Assembly (NCBI RefSeq): GCF_009914755.1
Contig: NC_060932.1
Direction: 5' to 3' (one strand)
DNA length: 64,000 nt
Source: the human T2T-CHM13v2.0 reference genome, Homo sapiens
Shown here one piece after another: positions 12,371 to 27,830 of this stretch. The first letter of the stretch is position 1, and the number at the start of each line of letters is the position of its first letter. A program made the position numbers and the translations under genes. The notes below the pieces were generated by a model that was not told where the DNA came from, did not search any database, and worked only from the letters and a program-made list of their open reading frames with translations.

Positions 12371-12489
12371 ACATACATACGTATATACATATCTTTCATC
12401 CTACGTCAATAGGTAGGAACATGAGACAAAGGACTAGACTGAGGGAAGTGAGGAGGAGAGGACTCATTTATGTAAATTGTTCAGGAAAC

Positions 12490-12720
12490 CACACCCTGTA
12501 GAGGTGATATTTGAACCGCCCTGAGGGTGGTGGTCATGAAAACATCTGGGTAAAAAGCAAGGCGAGCAGAGAGAACAGCAAGTGCAAAGGCCCTGGGGCA
12601 GGAGTATAATTGGTGTGGTCCATAACAACAAGGAGGCAAGAGTGGTTGTATCAGAGTGAATCAGAGGAGAAATAACAAAAGGTGAAGAGGGCACAATCAG
12701 GAGCACAAAAAGAAACCCTT
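12490..12720 (-). mobile_element. L2 fragment
   Basis: GCAGAGAGAACAGCAAGTGCAAAGGCCCTGGGGCAGGA, classic antisense L2 motif. Confidence 0.8.
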
Positions 12721-12777
12721 TAGGAGGCAATAGCAGCTGTCCAGGGAAGAGATGTGGGCTTGGAGCAGGATGGTAGG

Positions 12778-13276
12778 TGTGGTGGGCAGAATAATGGCTC
12801 CCAAAGAGATCCACATCCTAATCCCAGGAACCTGTGAATATGTCACCATACATGACAAAAGTCACATTGCAAATGTGGTTAAATTACAGATCTTGAGGTA
12901 TGGAGATTATCTTAGATTATCTGGATGGGCTCATTCTAATCATGTGGGTTCTTAAAAACAGAGATCCTTTCCCAGCTGTGGTCAGAAAGGGATGTGACTG
13001 TGGAAGAATGGTCAGAAAGATGCAACATTGTTGATCTGAAGATGAAGGAGATTACCACAAGCCAAGAATGTGAACAGCCTCTAGAAGCTGGAAAGGCCAA
13101 GGAGACGGATTCTCTTCTAGAGCCTTTAGAAAGGAACTCTGCCCTGAATCACTTTGATTTTAGCCCATTGAGACCCCTCTCAGACTTCTGACTTACAGAA
13201 CTGAGAGGAGAAATGTGTGTTGTCTTAAGCTACTGAGTTTGTGGTCTTGTTACAGCAGCAACAGGAAATTAACGTA
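12778..13276 (+). mobile_element. MLT1D MaLR solo LTR
   Basis: TGTGGTGGGCAGAATAATGGCTCCCAAAGA start; CAGCCTCTAGAAGCTGGAAAGGCCAAGGAGACGGATTCTC; TTACAGCAGCAACAGGAAATTAA end. Confidence 0.9.
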
Positions 13277-14309
13277 ATGGGTATGAAGGCTGAACTATCA
13301 CTCTGACCACAGTGGAAAGAACTAAATGGAGAAAAGAAGGGGTGAAACAGAAGGCAGAGAAGAGTCAACAATCAATGTTGTCCATTCTCTGTCCAGAGTT
13401 CAACTCTTGCCTTTACCTCTTATTTTAAGAGTTATTCTAATGCGCCTCTACTCATGCCAATCATAACAAGAGAAACTTCCATCATCCTTAAAAACTTAGA
13501 ACAAAACATGCTTATCAAAATGTGGAGTGGAAAGTGGATGCATTACAGTGAAGTTCCAGCTAGAAGAGAGTTCACACAGGCTGAGCCTAACAGAAAGTGA
13601 CAGGAGTAATCACCATTGTGATGATCCCATAGAAATCAACTTTACTAACAATAAAATTACATTGCTAGATCTCTGCATTGGCAGAAATCTCAAATCACTT
13701 TCCATTGAAGTATCCCCAGTGTTTTTTGCTAGCTCCCTTCTAGGGTGGGGCAGGGCATGTGAAGTAGATATCCATCACTAGAGCAGAGCTGTCATCTACA
13801 GAAACTCTTTGGCTCAACTGGGAGGATTGTCAAGACCACCCCTTGAGTGTCAGCCTCCTACAACCCTGTTTCCAGAACCCTGAGTCACTCTTAATAATCT
13901 CAGTGAGATCAGTCGCTATTCTTCATGCCCACATGGATGAAAGTCATGGCATGACATTTATTGAGCCTGAGTTTCTACAGATTCTCAGCATCTGGCCTGC
14001 ATCTGGGCCCCCTCAGAAGGGTGCCACTGATCACCAGAATTATTTTCTTCTTCTCAGAGCTGCCTTCTCCAGCCCATAAACTTTCAGTGTCTCCAGTTCT
14101 TGCTTCTCTTTTGTGGAAAGAGATTTCTTTTTCTGTGGTAGCAAGATATTGAGGATATCCAGAAGAAAGTTCATTCTCATTTTCAACATTTTCAAATAGG
14201 ACATATAGGAGGTAACCCACACAGCAGAGGACATGGGCTTATGCCACAGAATCGGTGCCTCTTCTTAGAGAAGGGAGGGTCAAAGAGATCAATGATTAGT
14301 ATCAATCTT

Positions 14310-14530
14310 TAAGTATTTACTATGTGCCAAGTGCTATGCAAAGCACTCTACATATAGCATATCATTATATCTTAACACCACTTTGAAGCAGGTATCATTA
14401 TCTTCACTTTAAACATGAAGGAATTATGGCTTGAAAAGCTTAGATAACTCACTAAATTTCTTACAGTGAATACATAGCAAAATCAGAATTCAAACCCAGA
14501 TCTGTCTGACTCCAATGGTTTGAATCACTC
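14310..14530 (-). mobile_element. MIR SINE
   Basis: TACTATGTGCCAAG...GAATTCAAACCCAGATCTGTCTGACTCCAA. Confidence 0.8.
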
Positions 14531-14971
14531 TATCAGATAATGAGAACTCCTGAATTCCTGGATATCTCTCTCTCTTTCTCTCTCTCTCTCTTATTTTCCA
14601 AACTCTTAAATGTAAAGTTGATCTATTTACAGACTGAAATAGAACTCACGTGCCCTAGACAACAACTACAGCCTCCAACAGTCTTATTCAAAACGGTATT
14701 TAGGATGTTTGCTACCTAGAGCTATGGATTATGACAAGAGCCCAGTGAGCTAGAAATAAAGAAGAACTCAGACTTGGTTGAAAAGCTTTATTTTTAACTG
14801 CACTGGCACATCTGTATTTCTATAAACCTGGCCGTTTCCTCTCATTTATCCACACCTGATATAAGCCTAACCTTTTGGTCTGTGGGGCTAGTGATTCTTC
14901 CCATCACTATTACATCTATTGATGGAATCCATCCAGATCACCACCAGGAATCTAACCACTAATCCTATTGT

Positions 14972-15545
<574 letters not shown>

Positions 15546-15914
15546 CTATTACCACATAGCTCAGGGCACAAGTGACAATTAAAACCAAGGACAAACAACA
15601 CAGACCAAAGCAATGAGCCCTTCACTCTCTGAGCTTCCAGAGAGATCTTAGCATTGTGCATTCCTCTGAACAGGGCTGATGCTGGGCAATCCGAGGAAAG
15701 CTTGTTGTTAGCACATCTACTCTGTTTCCTTATGGTCTCTGGGTGTAGTCCTCCAACTAGCCATGGCCTGTCACACCAGGCTCCTCTCCTGCCCCTGTTC
15801 CACACTCCATCTCAGCGGTCCCTCCAGTGGAAGCTCATGAAGATAATTTGTTGGAATAAGAAGAAGAAAATAGTAAGTTGTTCATTTATGTTTTTTATAT
15901 TCCTTTAAACTTAT

Positions 15915-16070
15915 ATTTGATGTATTTATTTTTAAATGAAGATAATATTTGATTACATTAATATTTGTATTTAACCCATGCATACACATATAAATATATT
16001 TGGGATATGTGCTCAAGTTTTTTTGAACTAATAGGGTGTGAAATCTGGAAAAAAAATTGAAGGTTAGAGT
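15915..16070. mobile_element. hAT-Charlie (Charlie4-like) terminal fragment
   Basis: TATATTTGGGATATGTGCTCAAGTTTTTTT...TAGGGTGTG; a related remnant lies near 63590-63685. Confidence 0.4.
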
Positions 16071-16409
16071 TCTATGCCATTCCTAAAGGGATACAAGGTG
16101 ATAAGCACAAGTGCTTTCCAGGGCTGTGCCCATAGACAAATGCATACAGCCAAAGGACGCAGTGGAGAAAATGGAGAACTGAAGAGTTTATGCCCAGCCT
16201 CCAGCTGTTCAAAATCAAAAATAGTCTGAACATGTGTAATTATATTTTAATAAACATTTCCTGAGGAAGTCCAAGTGGCAGGCATCATTCAGCCCATGGG
16301 GAGCAGCAGGGTGAGCCCCCCACCCCATGCCTTCTGCTGATTTCCACTGGTCGCTACTAACGTGTTACCTTTGAAGTCAGTACTGAGCCCTAACCCAGAT
16401 TTTCAGGGC

Positions 16410-16615
16410 ATCTTGAGTAGGACTCTGGGCTGGGAGTCAGAATAACTGGATTGAAATCCTAGCTCTCTTCCTTACTCGTGTGACCTCTCATTCATTAAGT
16501 CAGTTAACTCAGAGATTAAGTTTTCCTCATCTCTTTATGGAATAATAATACTCACTTCAAAGTATGTTGTGACATCTAAGTAAGATGATGTATTTGCAAG
16601 GGCTTCAATGACTTC
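16410..16615 (+). mobile_element. MIR SINE
   Basis: GGAGTCAG...AATCCTAGCTCT...GTGTGACCT...TTTTCCTCATCT...GGAATAATAATA. Confidence 0.75.
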
Positions 16616-16699
16616 CATGACTGTTGAATGTAATTCACTCACCCCTGTGGCAGCTTAGATGAGAGTAGTGATTGATTTATGGGGTAACACTAGTTGACG

Positions 16700-16950
16700 G
16701 TCTACTATGTGGAAGAGAAAGGAGAACTATTCTGTGTTATCCCAGGTGGAAGAATCCAAAATAAAGAAGAATTTGGGGAACAGAATGAAAACTCTGCACT
16801 ATCTTGCCAAATATTGGATTCCCAATCACAGACATGTTCAAGTTGAGGTTATAAGTCTGGAAATTGTGTGAAGCAGGCTCAGATTTTGAATGAGAAGTTT
16901 GGAGTAAACAACTTTTACATTCCCTTCAAACACTCAAATTTTATCGTTCT
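16700..16950 (+). mobile_element. L3/CR1 3' fragment
   Basis: ATGTGGAAGAG...TATTCTGTGT...TGTTCAAG...TCCCTTCAAACACTCAAATTTTAT CR1-like end. Confidence 0.5.
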
Positions 16951-17274
16951 AAGCCAAATAAAATGAGAACTAGTTAAAGAATAACATAACTTCCAGCAAA
17001 TTCAGGCCCTCCTGCAGGTCAAGGGGAAAAAGAAAACTATCTGGGCACAGAGGTATCTTCAAATCACACAACTTAATTCATCTGCAAAGGACTTGAATCC
17101 ACCTCGCGTATTTCCCTCAAGTACTTGCCATATAGAATAAGTTGTTTGACAATTCACTTAGCCTGTTGTCCAAGACTACTTGAATTATTCTACATACAGA
17201 GATGTGATACCAGGCGCTGCAGATGAATAAATCACATCAGCTATCGAAACCATATGCAACTCATTCACAAGTAC

Positions 17275-18355
<1,081 letters not shown>

Positions 18356-19174
18356 TAATATATATTCTTGTGCGAGTCACTTCATCTCTCCACGCTTCAT
18401 TTTAACTCTGAAATTTGGAGGCAGGGGAGTGGGTAAGGAATGAACAGGAGAGGGAATTAGATGGCATCTAGAATAACTGTTCTAAAAATTTTTGGTTCCA
18501 AATGCAAAATGTACAAAAAAAAAATTCTGAAATAAAAGATCCAAAAGGAAAGTTGTGCTCATGCTGAGCTCACAAATACATGCCTTTTTCCCCCATAAAT
18601 AGAACAAACAGATGCTATCTGCAAGGCCCACAGCACATCTGCGTGGATGAAGCAGCAGCACTCAAGTGTCCTGGGAAAGGAGTGATTTGCATGTTTGCTA
18701 TCTGGTGTGCAGGAGCTCACACATTCTTTTCAGATAACACTGCAATGGCAACGTTCGGAGATTCAAGTTCTTCAAGTTCACCTTCAGTCCCCGTGCTAGA
18801 GAAATATTCATGCTTTTAAAAATAAAATAAAAAGAAAGAATTGCTGGCTGAAGGGCTTCTTCCCTCCCTGTCACTCCACTTCCTCAAGCTTTCACATTTC
18901 AGTGTTGTCAAGTTATCATGTATTAGCTAATCAAAACAAAGGGAATATGAGAAATGACTAAAAGTTTCATGACAAGTATGAAAACTGCCTGAAGGATGTG
19001 GTGGCACCAGCCATTCAAAAGACTCTACTTTTTTCTGAGAGCATAGGACTTTGATTTCCATACAGTATTTTCTTCTCAAGGATCTCAAAATCTCTCTTTT
19101 TAAGAATTTAAAAGGTTACTTGGTACGGAGTTTTCTTAAGCCAAGTAGACAAACTGAGGCATATAATGTACTTT

Positions 19175-19492
<318 letters not shown>

Positions 19493-20588
19493 CAGAATGT
19501 ACTTTTTAAAAACAAGGCAGTAGCTGAAATAAATTGAAAGTGATTTCTTTATTCCCACAAGAGATAATGTAAGAAAAGAGGTGGTAATGGGAATTATTTG
19601 CCCTGGGAGCCCTGGCTGCAGTGCAGCTTAATCTAATTTGCATATGAAACTGGGAGTTCCTGGAATTACATTCCCATGTGGTCCCAACACTCAGCACCAC
19701 TGACTACATGCTGCCTTGTTCATAGTAACTGGACATTAAGCTTAGGGAAAGCAGCAAAGTTCAGCCAGTCACTTAGAAAGACGGGCAAAGAGACTACTCT
19801 AAAATTGTGACATCTCCTTCAAGAACCTTCTGTAGTTACTGAAATAAACAAGGGAATACTGTATCTACTGACAGTTAAGCCAAAAAAGGAAAAAGTTAAT
19901 GTTTCCTACTCAATATATTTTCTCCTTTCAAACTTCAGACAGCTTCACCCCACCACACCCAGCTACTTGTAACTGGTTCCAAAGAGTGACACTAACTGAT
20001 GAAAGATGACATTTTTGCAATCCTTTCCCTCAACAGACTCATGGTGAGGTGGCCCTTCTCCACTAGACTATACACTTCATCATCCATGTCCATCTTTCTG
20101 TCCAAGGAGGGACAAGTTCCAAGGGGGAAATCATCCTGCCTCGACAGCCCTGGATCAAACCTTGGGAATTGAAACCAGGGATGTGTGGATCAGCCGGGAG
20201 TGCTGGCTCTCCCCTCGGAAGCTGAGTCACCGACCTGGCTGGTTTATTTAATCGCTTGGAAAGTGGTTAGACTGAACAGGACATGTAGTGATTAGTAATT
20301 CAGACTGGTCTCAGAGCTTCATGTTTTTTACTGTGAGACGCCAACTGCAGCCTTTCTCTTGGAGTCAACAGGAAGTGAGAAGAGCAGGCCAAATTTGACA
20401 CCACTTGACGTAACCAGAGATGGACTTCAGCCCTCATTTCTCCACCCAATAACACAGAGATTTTGAAAGCAAGCCCTTCTAGTTAAACATATCTACCAAG
20501 TACCAGGGGCGGAATAAAGAAGAATTGAAGAAAACCTGCTTTGATAACTCCAACTTGGCTGTTTCTTATTAGCTGGCTCTCATTTAAT

Positions 20589-20720
20589 AGAAGAAGCAGG
20601 AGGAGGAGAGAGGAGGGGGAAGGGAAGGGATAGAAAGGCGGGGGAGGAGAGAGGGGGAGGGGCAGAAGGTGGAGGGAGAAGGAGAAAAGGAAGGGCAGCA
20701 GGGGCAGTAGTAAAGGGAGT
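20589..20720 (+). repeat. GA-rich low-complexity polypurine tract
   Basis: About 130 bp of almost only A/G with multiple G runs. Confidence 0.9.
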
Positions 20721-21448
20721 CACCTCAGATACAAATGTGAAGATGGCAAGAAGAAAAAGAAATAATATTTATTAAATAGGCTACTCCTCAAACCAATCTG
20801 AAAAAGATCATGAATGAGGCAAACACAGAATCTACTTTTCTGATGATTTTTTTTCTTCATTATGCCACATTTGTAGAACATTGCAAACTGGGCACAGCAA
20901 TACATAGCCACGTAGTCAGAAGTGATACAAATAGACTTTTTATGAAACATTTCCTATTTCTGGTTACAATTACTGTTGCAATGATTGATTCATGGTCAGC
21001 TATTTCCAACTACAGCTGTGGTAATAGCAATGAGATTTAAAATTTGATCATTTCACATGGGGGGTTTAGTGAAAGAAAAAATATGCAATATCTTCGCATT
21101 CACCTCTATTTTTTCTCTATTTTATATCTTTCCTCTCTAATTCATCCTATACTTAGTTCCAGATACGTTTTCCTAAAATATCACTGCTGTGAATGTGTCC
21201 ACCTGATATCAGGACATTCATTCTCTAATGAAACTCAGGGCAAATGCTCCATTGGTATAAAGAGGCTGGAATTATTATTTTAACCACCCCTCCTCCAGTC
21301 CCCCTGGCCAAGAAAAAGTTTCAAGCTATGTTATTAGGAAGAATATACATTTTTCACGTAACACCAGATAGGATGATTTTTAGAAAAAGAAAATATATAT
21401 GATTACAGGAAGCTTGGTTTATTTCACATTCTTTAAGAAGGAACCGGA

Positions 21449-21734
<286 letters not shown>

Positions 21735-22904
21735 GGAACCGGAGCCCCTGGAAAGGAATAACCCACCCACCCACTCTTCAAGGCCCCAGAGTTTCTTTTT
21801 CCTGCCTGCTCACACTGACCCCTACCTACGCTCCCTGCCTCACCTCAGGGAGACATCAAACATTGGCACCTCCTCTATTGTAGAGTCAACGAGGACTGAG
21901 TGCAGAGTGCAAGGTACAATCTACCAGATCTGCTTTACTCTGTATGGATGGCGGAAAGTCCCAGGGAAAGGGGGCATCAAAACGTGGAAGAATTTAGCAG
22001 GAGAGTCACCCTGAGAGAAAGAAAGAGGGAATAGGATCCAGGAAAAGTGTCCATGAGGAAAACTCTTGGAAGGCCTAGGCAATACGGCTCCATCTCATTA
22101 CGTGGGATAAAGGATTAAGTTGGCTGACTAGACCCCATTTCTGATTCTCCCCTCTCCTCCTCACAATGTATGACTCCGAGGCAATTAGTTACCCAAACCC
22201 TTCGGTAAAAAAAAGAAGAAGAAGAAAAAAAGACCAGCAATCACAAGTGTGGAATGAGCAGTTGACAAGGACAATCCTAGTATGACACTGCTCATTATAA
22301 GCTATGGGGAAAGATATCCCTTAAAATGATGAGGACATCCCTAAAGATATCCTTAAGTAGTCTAAATCGTAATACTACCTACTCCCCAACCCCACACTGA
22401 ACTTCTGCCTTCCCAGGAGATATTCTAAGGGTCCAGGTATACCCAGGCTCTAACACTGGAGGAGCAAAAGCCCCCTTCAATTGGGGAAAACCAAGACATT
22501 GAAAAGAAACCTTCCTTTGACTGCCTTCTCTGTGTCCTCCACCTGACTGCTGATGTTTCAATCACAATTTAAAAACAGTTTCCATCCTCAGTTTTACGAA
22601 TTCGTGTGTCAAAATAATTCCTCATATTATATTCTGAATGTGTCACTTTAGGAGGAAGCGTTTACAGGCAGCTGCTCCATCCCAGCTACATTTCTACCTG
22701 TGGATTATACAGAAAGCCAGCCTGGCCTTTAATAATTTTAATTTCATTTTTCTGGGTCCCCTACAACCTACTTGGAAGCCAGCTTTCATTCATCTTGGTT
22801 ACACAAGCCCAAGAGTATCACACATGTCCTATATCCATAGTTACAGCACTTGTCATACATGTCTACAATAGTCATTTAATGTATGTGCCAGAATGTATCA
22901 TGTG

Positions 22905-23265
22905 TTCTTAATCAATTTCTTTATCTGTAAAACAAATAATAATAATACATACCCATAGCCATAAAGTTATGAGAATTAATTGAGTTAGTATGGCCTATAT
23001 GCCTAGACCAGGCATTGGAAAACTTTTTTTTATAAAGGACCAGATAAAAATAATTTAAGTTTTGCACTTTATACAGTCTGTGTCTTAACTACTCACCTCT
23101 GTCACTGTAGAGCAAAATCAGCCACAGATAAATGAGTGTGGCTGTGTTCCAATAAAACTTTATTTACAAAAACAGGTGGTGAGCTGGATTTGTCCCACAG
23201 GCAGTGGTTTAATGACCCCTGTCTTAAACAATACGTGTTCAATAAATTTGTTATTAGAGTTATTA
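22905..23265 (+). mobile_element. MIR split by MER58A
   Basis: TTTCTTTATCTGTAAAA...AATAATAATA...GAGAATTAATTGAG; resumes with GTTCAATAAATTTGTTATTA. Confidence 0.65.
23009..23221 (+). mobile_element. MER58A (hAT-Charlie)
   Basis: CAGG...TAAAGGACCAGATA...GGCTGTGTTCCAATAAAACTTTATTTACAAAAACAGG...GACCCCTG; degenerate 8-bp TSD GCCTAGAC/TCTTAAAC. Confidence 0.9.
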
Positions 23266-23640
23266 TCTTAATCAGTACTGACAGTTCTCCATTTTCACAT
23301 TTGCTTATCTTTCCTAGTAACATTTGTAATTGAATTCTGGATATGTTAACTTACCCATTCATCACTGAGGTCACTGATGGGGAAAAGAAATGGCGGAGGA
23401 CTTTTATCTTGCTTATACGTGTATAGCATCTAGTGGTGGAAGAGTGTAATTGCAAGTTTTTTTTTTTTTTTTTTTTTTTGGTTTTATTTTCATTTCCTTG
23501 ATCTTTTTCAAGCTCATCTTCAGTAAGAGGGCAGCTTCCTCGGTCAGCCCACAGTGGAAAGCTACATTTGGATGACGAGGACGTCAGACCCACCTGTTTC
23601 CAAAGATGTCCCTAACAGGCCTTTGCCCGGGGGGTTCTTA

Positions 23641-24037
<397 letters not shown>

Positions 24038-26903
24038 TTATTAATCCATCAACTATCATCTGTGTACGTGTGTTTCATCATACTAACAAATATTTCAGAG
24101 AAACAACAAAGTGTAGTTATATGTTATCTTAAAATTAGCCTTCATAAAGTATTCAGTGATCTCTTAGCATGAAGCAGAGGCAGCTGCCTGGGCCAGGTCA
24201 GGTCCCACTTTACCTCCTTGGTGCCTGCTGCCTATTGACCACCTTCTACCCCTCATTTTTATCTATATTCCTTGCTCGTCGCACTTCATACGCTACTGCC
24301 TCCCTTTGTTGCCAATAAAGCTAACTGTTAGAATTCTCAGTCTCTCTTCTATTGTGTAGAGGTTAGAATTCCTAACCCAAGGTTCCAGAACTCTGGTTCT
24401 TTGTTTCTAATATTTTCTGCTGAGGCTCTGTCAATCATCATATTCTCTGATAAATTTTTTGATAGGCAGATGCCTGAAGATAATTTTTTCCTGTCTGTTA
24501 TTAGGATGGAGATCAAGAGGCAAATTTTTAAAGTGCCATTATTTAACAGAGAGAAAAAAGATCTTCCTCATTGTGTGTTCCTCCACTGAACAGAAGTCAT
24601 TTATGAACATTGTTTAGGTTACTCTATAAAATAAATTCTGAGATGTAGTGATCTGATTTCTGATTTTTTTCCTCCCCTGGAATCAGTATGAAATCACTGG
24701 GTTCATCTCCCATCAGCAAGTTCATATCTTATGTACCACCAGGGAGTTCATATTCAAGTTCACGTCTCAGCGGGGAGCATGAGCCGAGGGCTGCGGCTTT
24801 CAGTGCTTTGTCAGCATTATCAGAGGAAGCTTCTGATAACCTCAGATAATCTTCCCACTCCCAAATGGCTCTGCCCCCTTCTTCCTGAACTTCTCAGGTA
24901 TTTACGTTTTCTCAAAAGTTCTCCTGCCATCACCACCAGTCACCACAATCACCACCTGCCTTTCGTAGCAGCTGGTTGGCCCGGGACCTGCTTCCCTAAC
25001 TTTTCTTTGTGGCAGCCTCATTTCCTGGGTATCTGGGCCCCTTCCCCTCATTCCTACTGCATCGACTTGGAAGAGTATCCTTGCTCTGATTTTGAGGAGA
25101 TTCTTCATCCTATATTTCCAAACAAGTCCCTATTTTGGTTCCCCCAAATCTTGAAGCTGACCAGAAAACTAGACTGAATTGGCCACACCACTATTTGGAC
25201 TCTCTTTGTGATTTTTGGCTACTTGCTCCTCTCTGTAGTTTATAGTGACATGTCAGATTTTCCACAGCAGTCATATAACATACCCATTCCTCCTTACACC
25301 TACCTTGGGACTGGCCCAGCAAGTTTTAGGACACTCTTGGGATTATGTATGAAGAGAGTGCTGGGCATTAAAATAACATGGATAAAGTCCTCTCAAGACC
25401 AAAATTTTTCCAGAGGCTGGGCATCAATTGATCGCTGGACATCAATTTCCTCAATAAATGAAGACGTTTGCCTCAAAAAGCAATCAAGTCTCTCTGAGCT
25501 CAAATAATCTGTCATTCGAAATCTATCTCATTTTTTAAAGAGATCTCTAAGTTCTAATTAGAATCCATTTGTCCTTCTGTTAGGTAAAGTTGCCAAAATA
25601 ATTTCCCAACTGTGAAACTGGGAAAGTTTATCAGAGAATATGAAGATTTGTGAATGCAATTTGTGATGCCTGGTAGTCCACCTTCTACACTCTGTTAGCA
25701 GTATCCTACTACTAAAGTTTTCACTCTCATTATTGGGGTTGGGAATGTGTTTTTCACTCTTACTCAGCTTTTGGCATTGTCTAACATTTCTTCCAGAAAT
25801 GGCCTTGCCACTGAAAGATCTCTTAACATAGGCTTGAAATTACCCAGTTATAAATCCTGACCTGATTCCTTTCAGAGTTGTCTTCCCTTTGGAAGCTCCT
25901 CCAGGACCTGCACTCAAGAGGTGCCTGGATTTAGCATGGACTTCACTGCTCTCCATATCAGAAAGGGCCTGGGGATCCTTCTGGATAATATGTAGGTTTC
26001 TTCCCATCTCAGAATTTCTGTTTCCAAGTTCTATAAGAAAGAGATATTTTTGAATTTTTATTTGTGGCATATATCCTGCTTATGCCAGCAGATGCATCAA
26101 AGATACCACAACTAAAACAGGATTTTTTTATAGGAAAACAGAATTTAGGGCCTGAATTAATTGCTGACATCATATGTACTCCCTCAGAAAATGAGCTATT
26201 CAGAAACAACTCTGCTCCCTTCTAACATAGTGCTCCCTTCTAGCATACTCTACCCTCTACAACTTCATTATTATTAAGGACACATGTACAGAAACAGGAT
26301 CCATGCCTTGTTGGACTCCTTCTGTGCCAGCCACTCATGCCCCAACTAATGTTATAATCCTCCCTTTTTCACATCACAATTGGTTATTGTGCAAATAAGT
26401 ATGTTCTCCCAAGAACAGATTGTGACTTTAGGTGGATAAAGATAATCATCAGAAGCAGATGAACTCTCAGCAAGCCAAGATTGAGACCTTACCACAAATG
26501 TCTTTAATAACACACAAGAGAATAAATAAATAAACACAAAGAGAAATAAAAATAATAGAACGAAAGACAAGATTGAATTATTTTAAAAGAAATCTAAAAC
26601 CAGGTTTGCTAAGAGATGTCACTTATTGTATAGGATGTACTAATTGTGTGTGTTTTCATTCTCAAGTTAGAAACTGTAGCCTGTGTCTAAATTTTAAGGT
26701 TTCTCTATTTTTCCTGTACACAGACCTGTGTCCCAAAAAACAACTATTCTACTATTTTTTGCTTCTAAGTATATTTCTATGCCATTATTTATATTAATCT
26801 CACCACCTGGAATGCCTATTCTCTGCCTTAAGGAAATTCCATGCATACTTCAAGGTCCTTCTCAAACGTCGCTGTCTTTACCACATCTTAAAAAGTAAAG
26901 GAA

Positions 26904-27265
26904 TGTATTAGTCCTTTCTCATGCTGCTAATAAAGACATATCCGAGACTGGGTAATTTATAAAGAAAAGAGAGGTTTAATGGACTTACAGTTCCACATGT
27001 CTGGGGAGGCCTCACAATCATGGCAGAAGGCAAAAGGCACATGTTACATGGCGGCAGGCAAGAGAGAATGAGAGAGCTAAGGGAAAGGGGAAACCCCTTA
27101 TGAAACCATCAGATCTTGTGAGACTTATTCACTACCACAAGAATAGTATGGAGGAAACCACTCCCATGATTAATTATTTCCCACCAGGTCTCTCCCACAA
27201 CACGTGGGAATTATGGGAGCTACAATGAGATGAGATTTGGGTGGGGATGCAGCCAAACCATATCA
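26904..27265 (-). mobile_element. THE1 (THE1C-like) MaLR solo LTR
   Basis: TGTATTAGTCC...ATGCTGCTAATAAAGACATA...CACAACACGTGGGAATTATGGGAGCTACAAT...CAGCCAAACCATATCA. Confidence 0.93.
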
Positions 27266-27390
27266 AAAAATGATGAGCAAACCATAGAGAAGTCAGATGA
27301 GATGCTGTAGAAAGACTAAGTCTGGAAATTTGGGCACTGATTTTAATTTTGAAGGTAAAGACACAGTAAACTACAGAAGGACCTGTAGGT

Positions 27391-27830
27391 TGTTAGATGA
27401 ACTTTAGCTTAAAGCTGCCTTCTTACATATTTCAAGTTCAGTCTAAAGTTTCTCCACACATATTGAACTGTTACCTAACTGGATGTGTAAACAGACTGTA
27501 ACCTCCTGTTGTGCCAGTCACTGAGTTTTGGCCAATCAAAGGTGGCCAGCTGTTCAAACCAGGTTCAAATAAGGAAAACACCAAGCCTGTAACCAAAGTA
27601 TTTTCTGTATGTCACTTTCTTTTTTCTGTCCATCAATCTTCTTGGACCGTACGGTAGCACAGGGAGCCTCTCCAAACCTATTCTGGTTCAGGGGCTGCCT
27701 GACTCGCCAATCATTCTTTGCTCAATTAAATTCTGTTAAATTTAATTTAATTAAATTCTGTTAAATTTAATTTAATTTAATTCTGTTAAATTTAATTTAA
27801 TTTAAATTCTGTTAAATTTAAAAAAAAAAA
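27391..27830 (+). mobile_element. MER57 (ERV1) LTR with rearranged 3' end
   Basis: TGTTA...AAAGCTGCCTTCTTACATATTT...CCTAACTGGATGTGTAAACAGACTGTAACCT...GGGGCTGCCTGACTCG...TTCTTTGCTCAATTAAA. Confidence 0.88.
27724..27819 (+). repeat. AT-rich minisatellite, about 4 x 25 bp (AATTAAATTCTGTTAAATTTAATTT)
   Basis: TTCTGTTAAA recurs at 27731, 27756, 27781 and 27807; followed by A11. Confidence 0.95.

Noticed and set aside
11985-12374. Hydrophobic 129-aa ORF resembling a membrane protein
   Set aside because: Antisense translation of A-rich L1 ORF1.
24731-25177. 148-aa ORF
   Set aside because: No recognisable homology, domain or exon structure.
27724-27830. Regular ~25-bp repeats as a CRISPR-like array
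   Set aside because: Head-to-tail copies with no unique spacers, derived from an LTR end in primate DNA.
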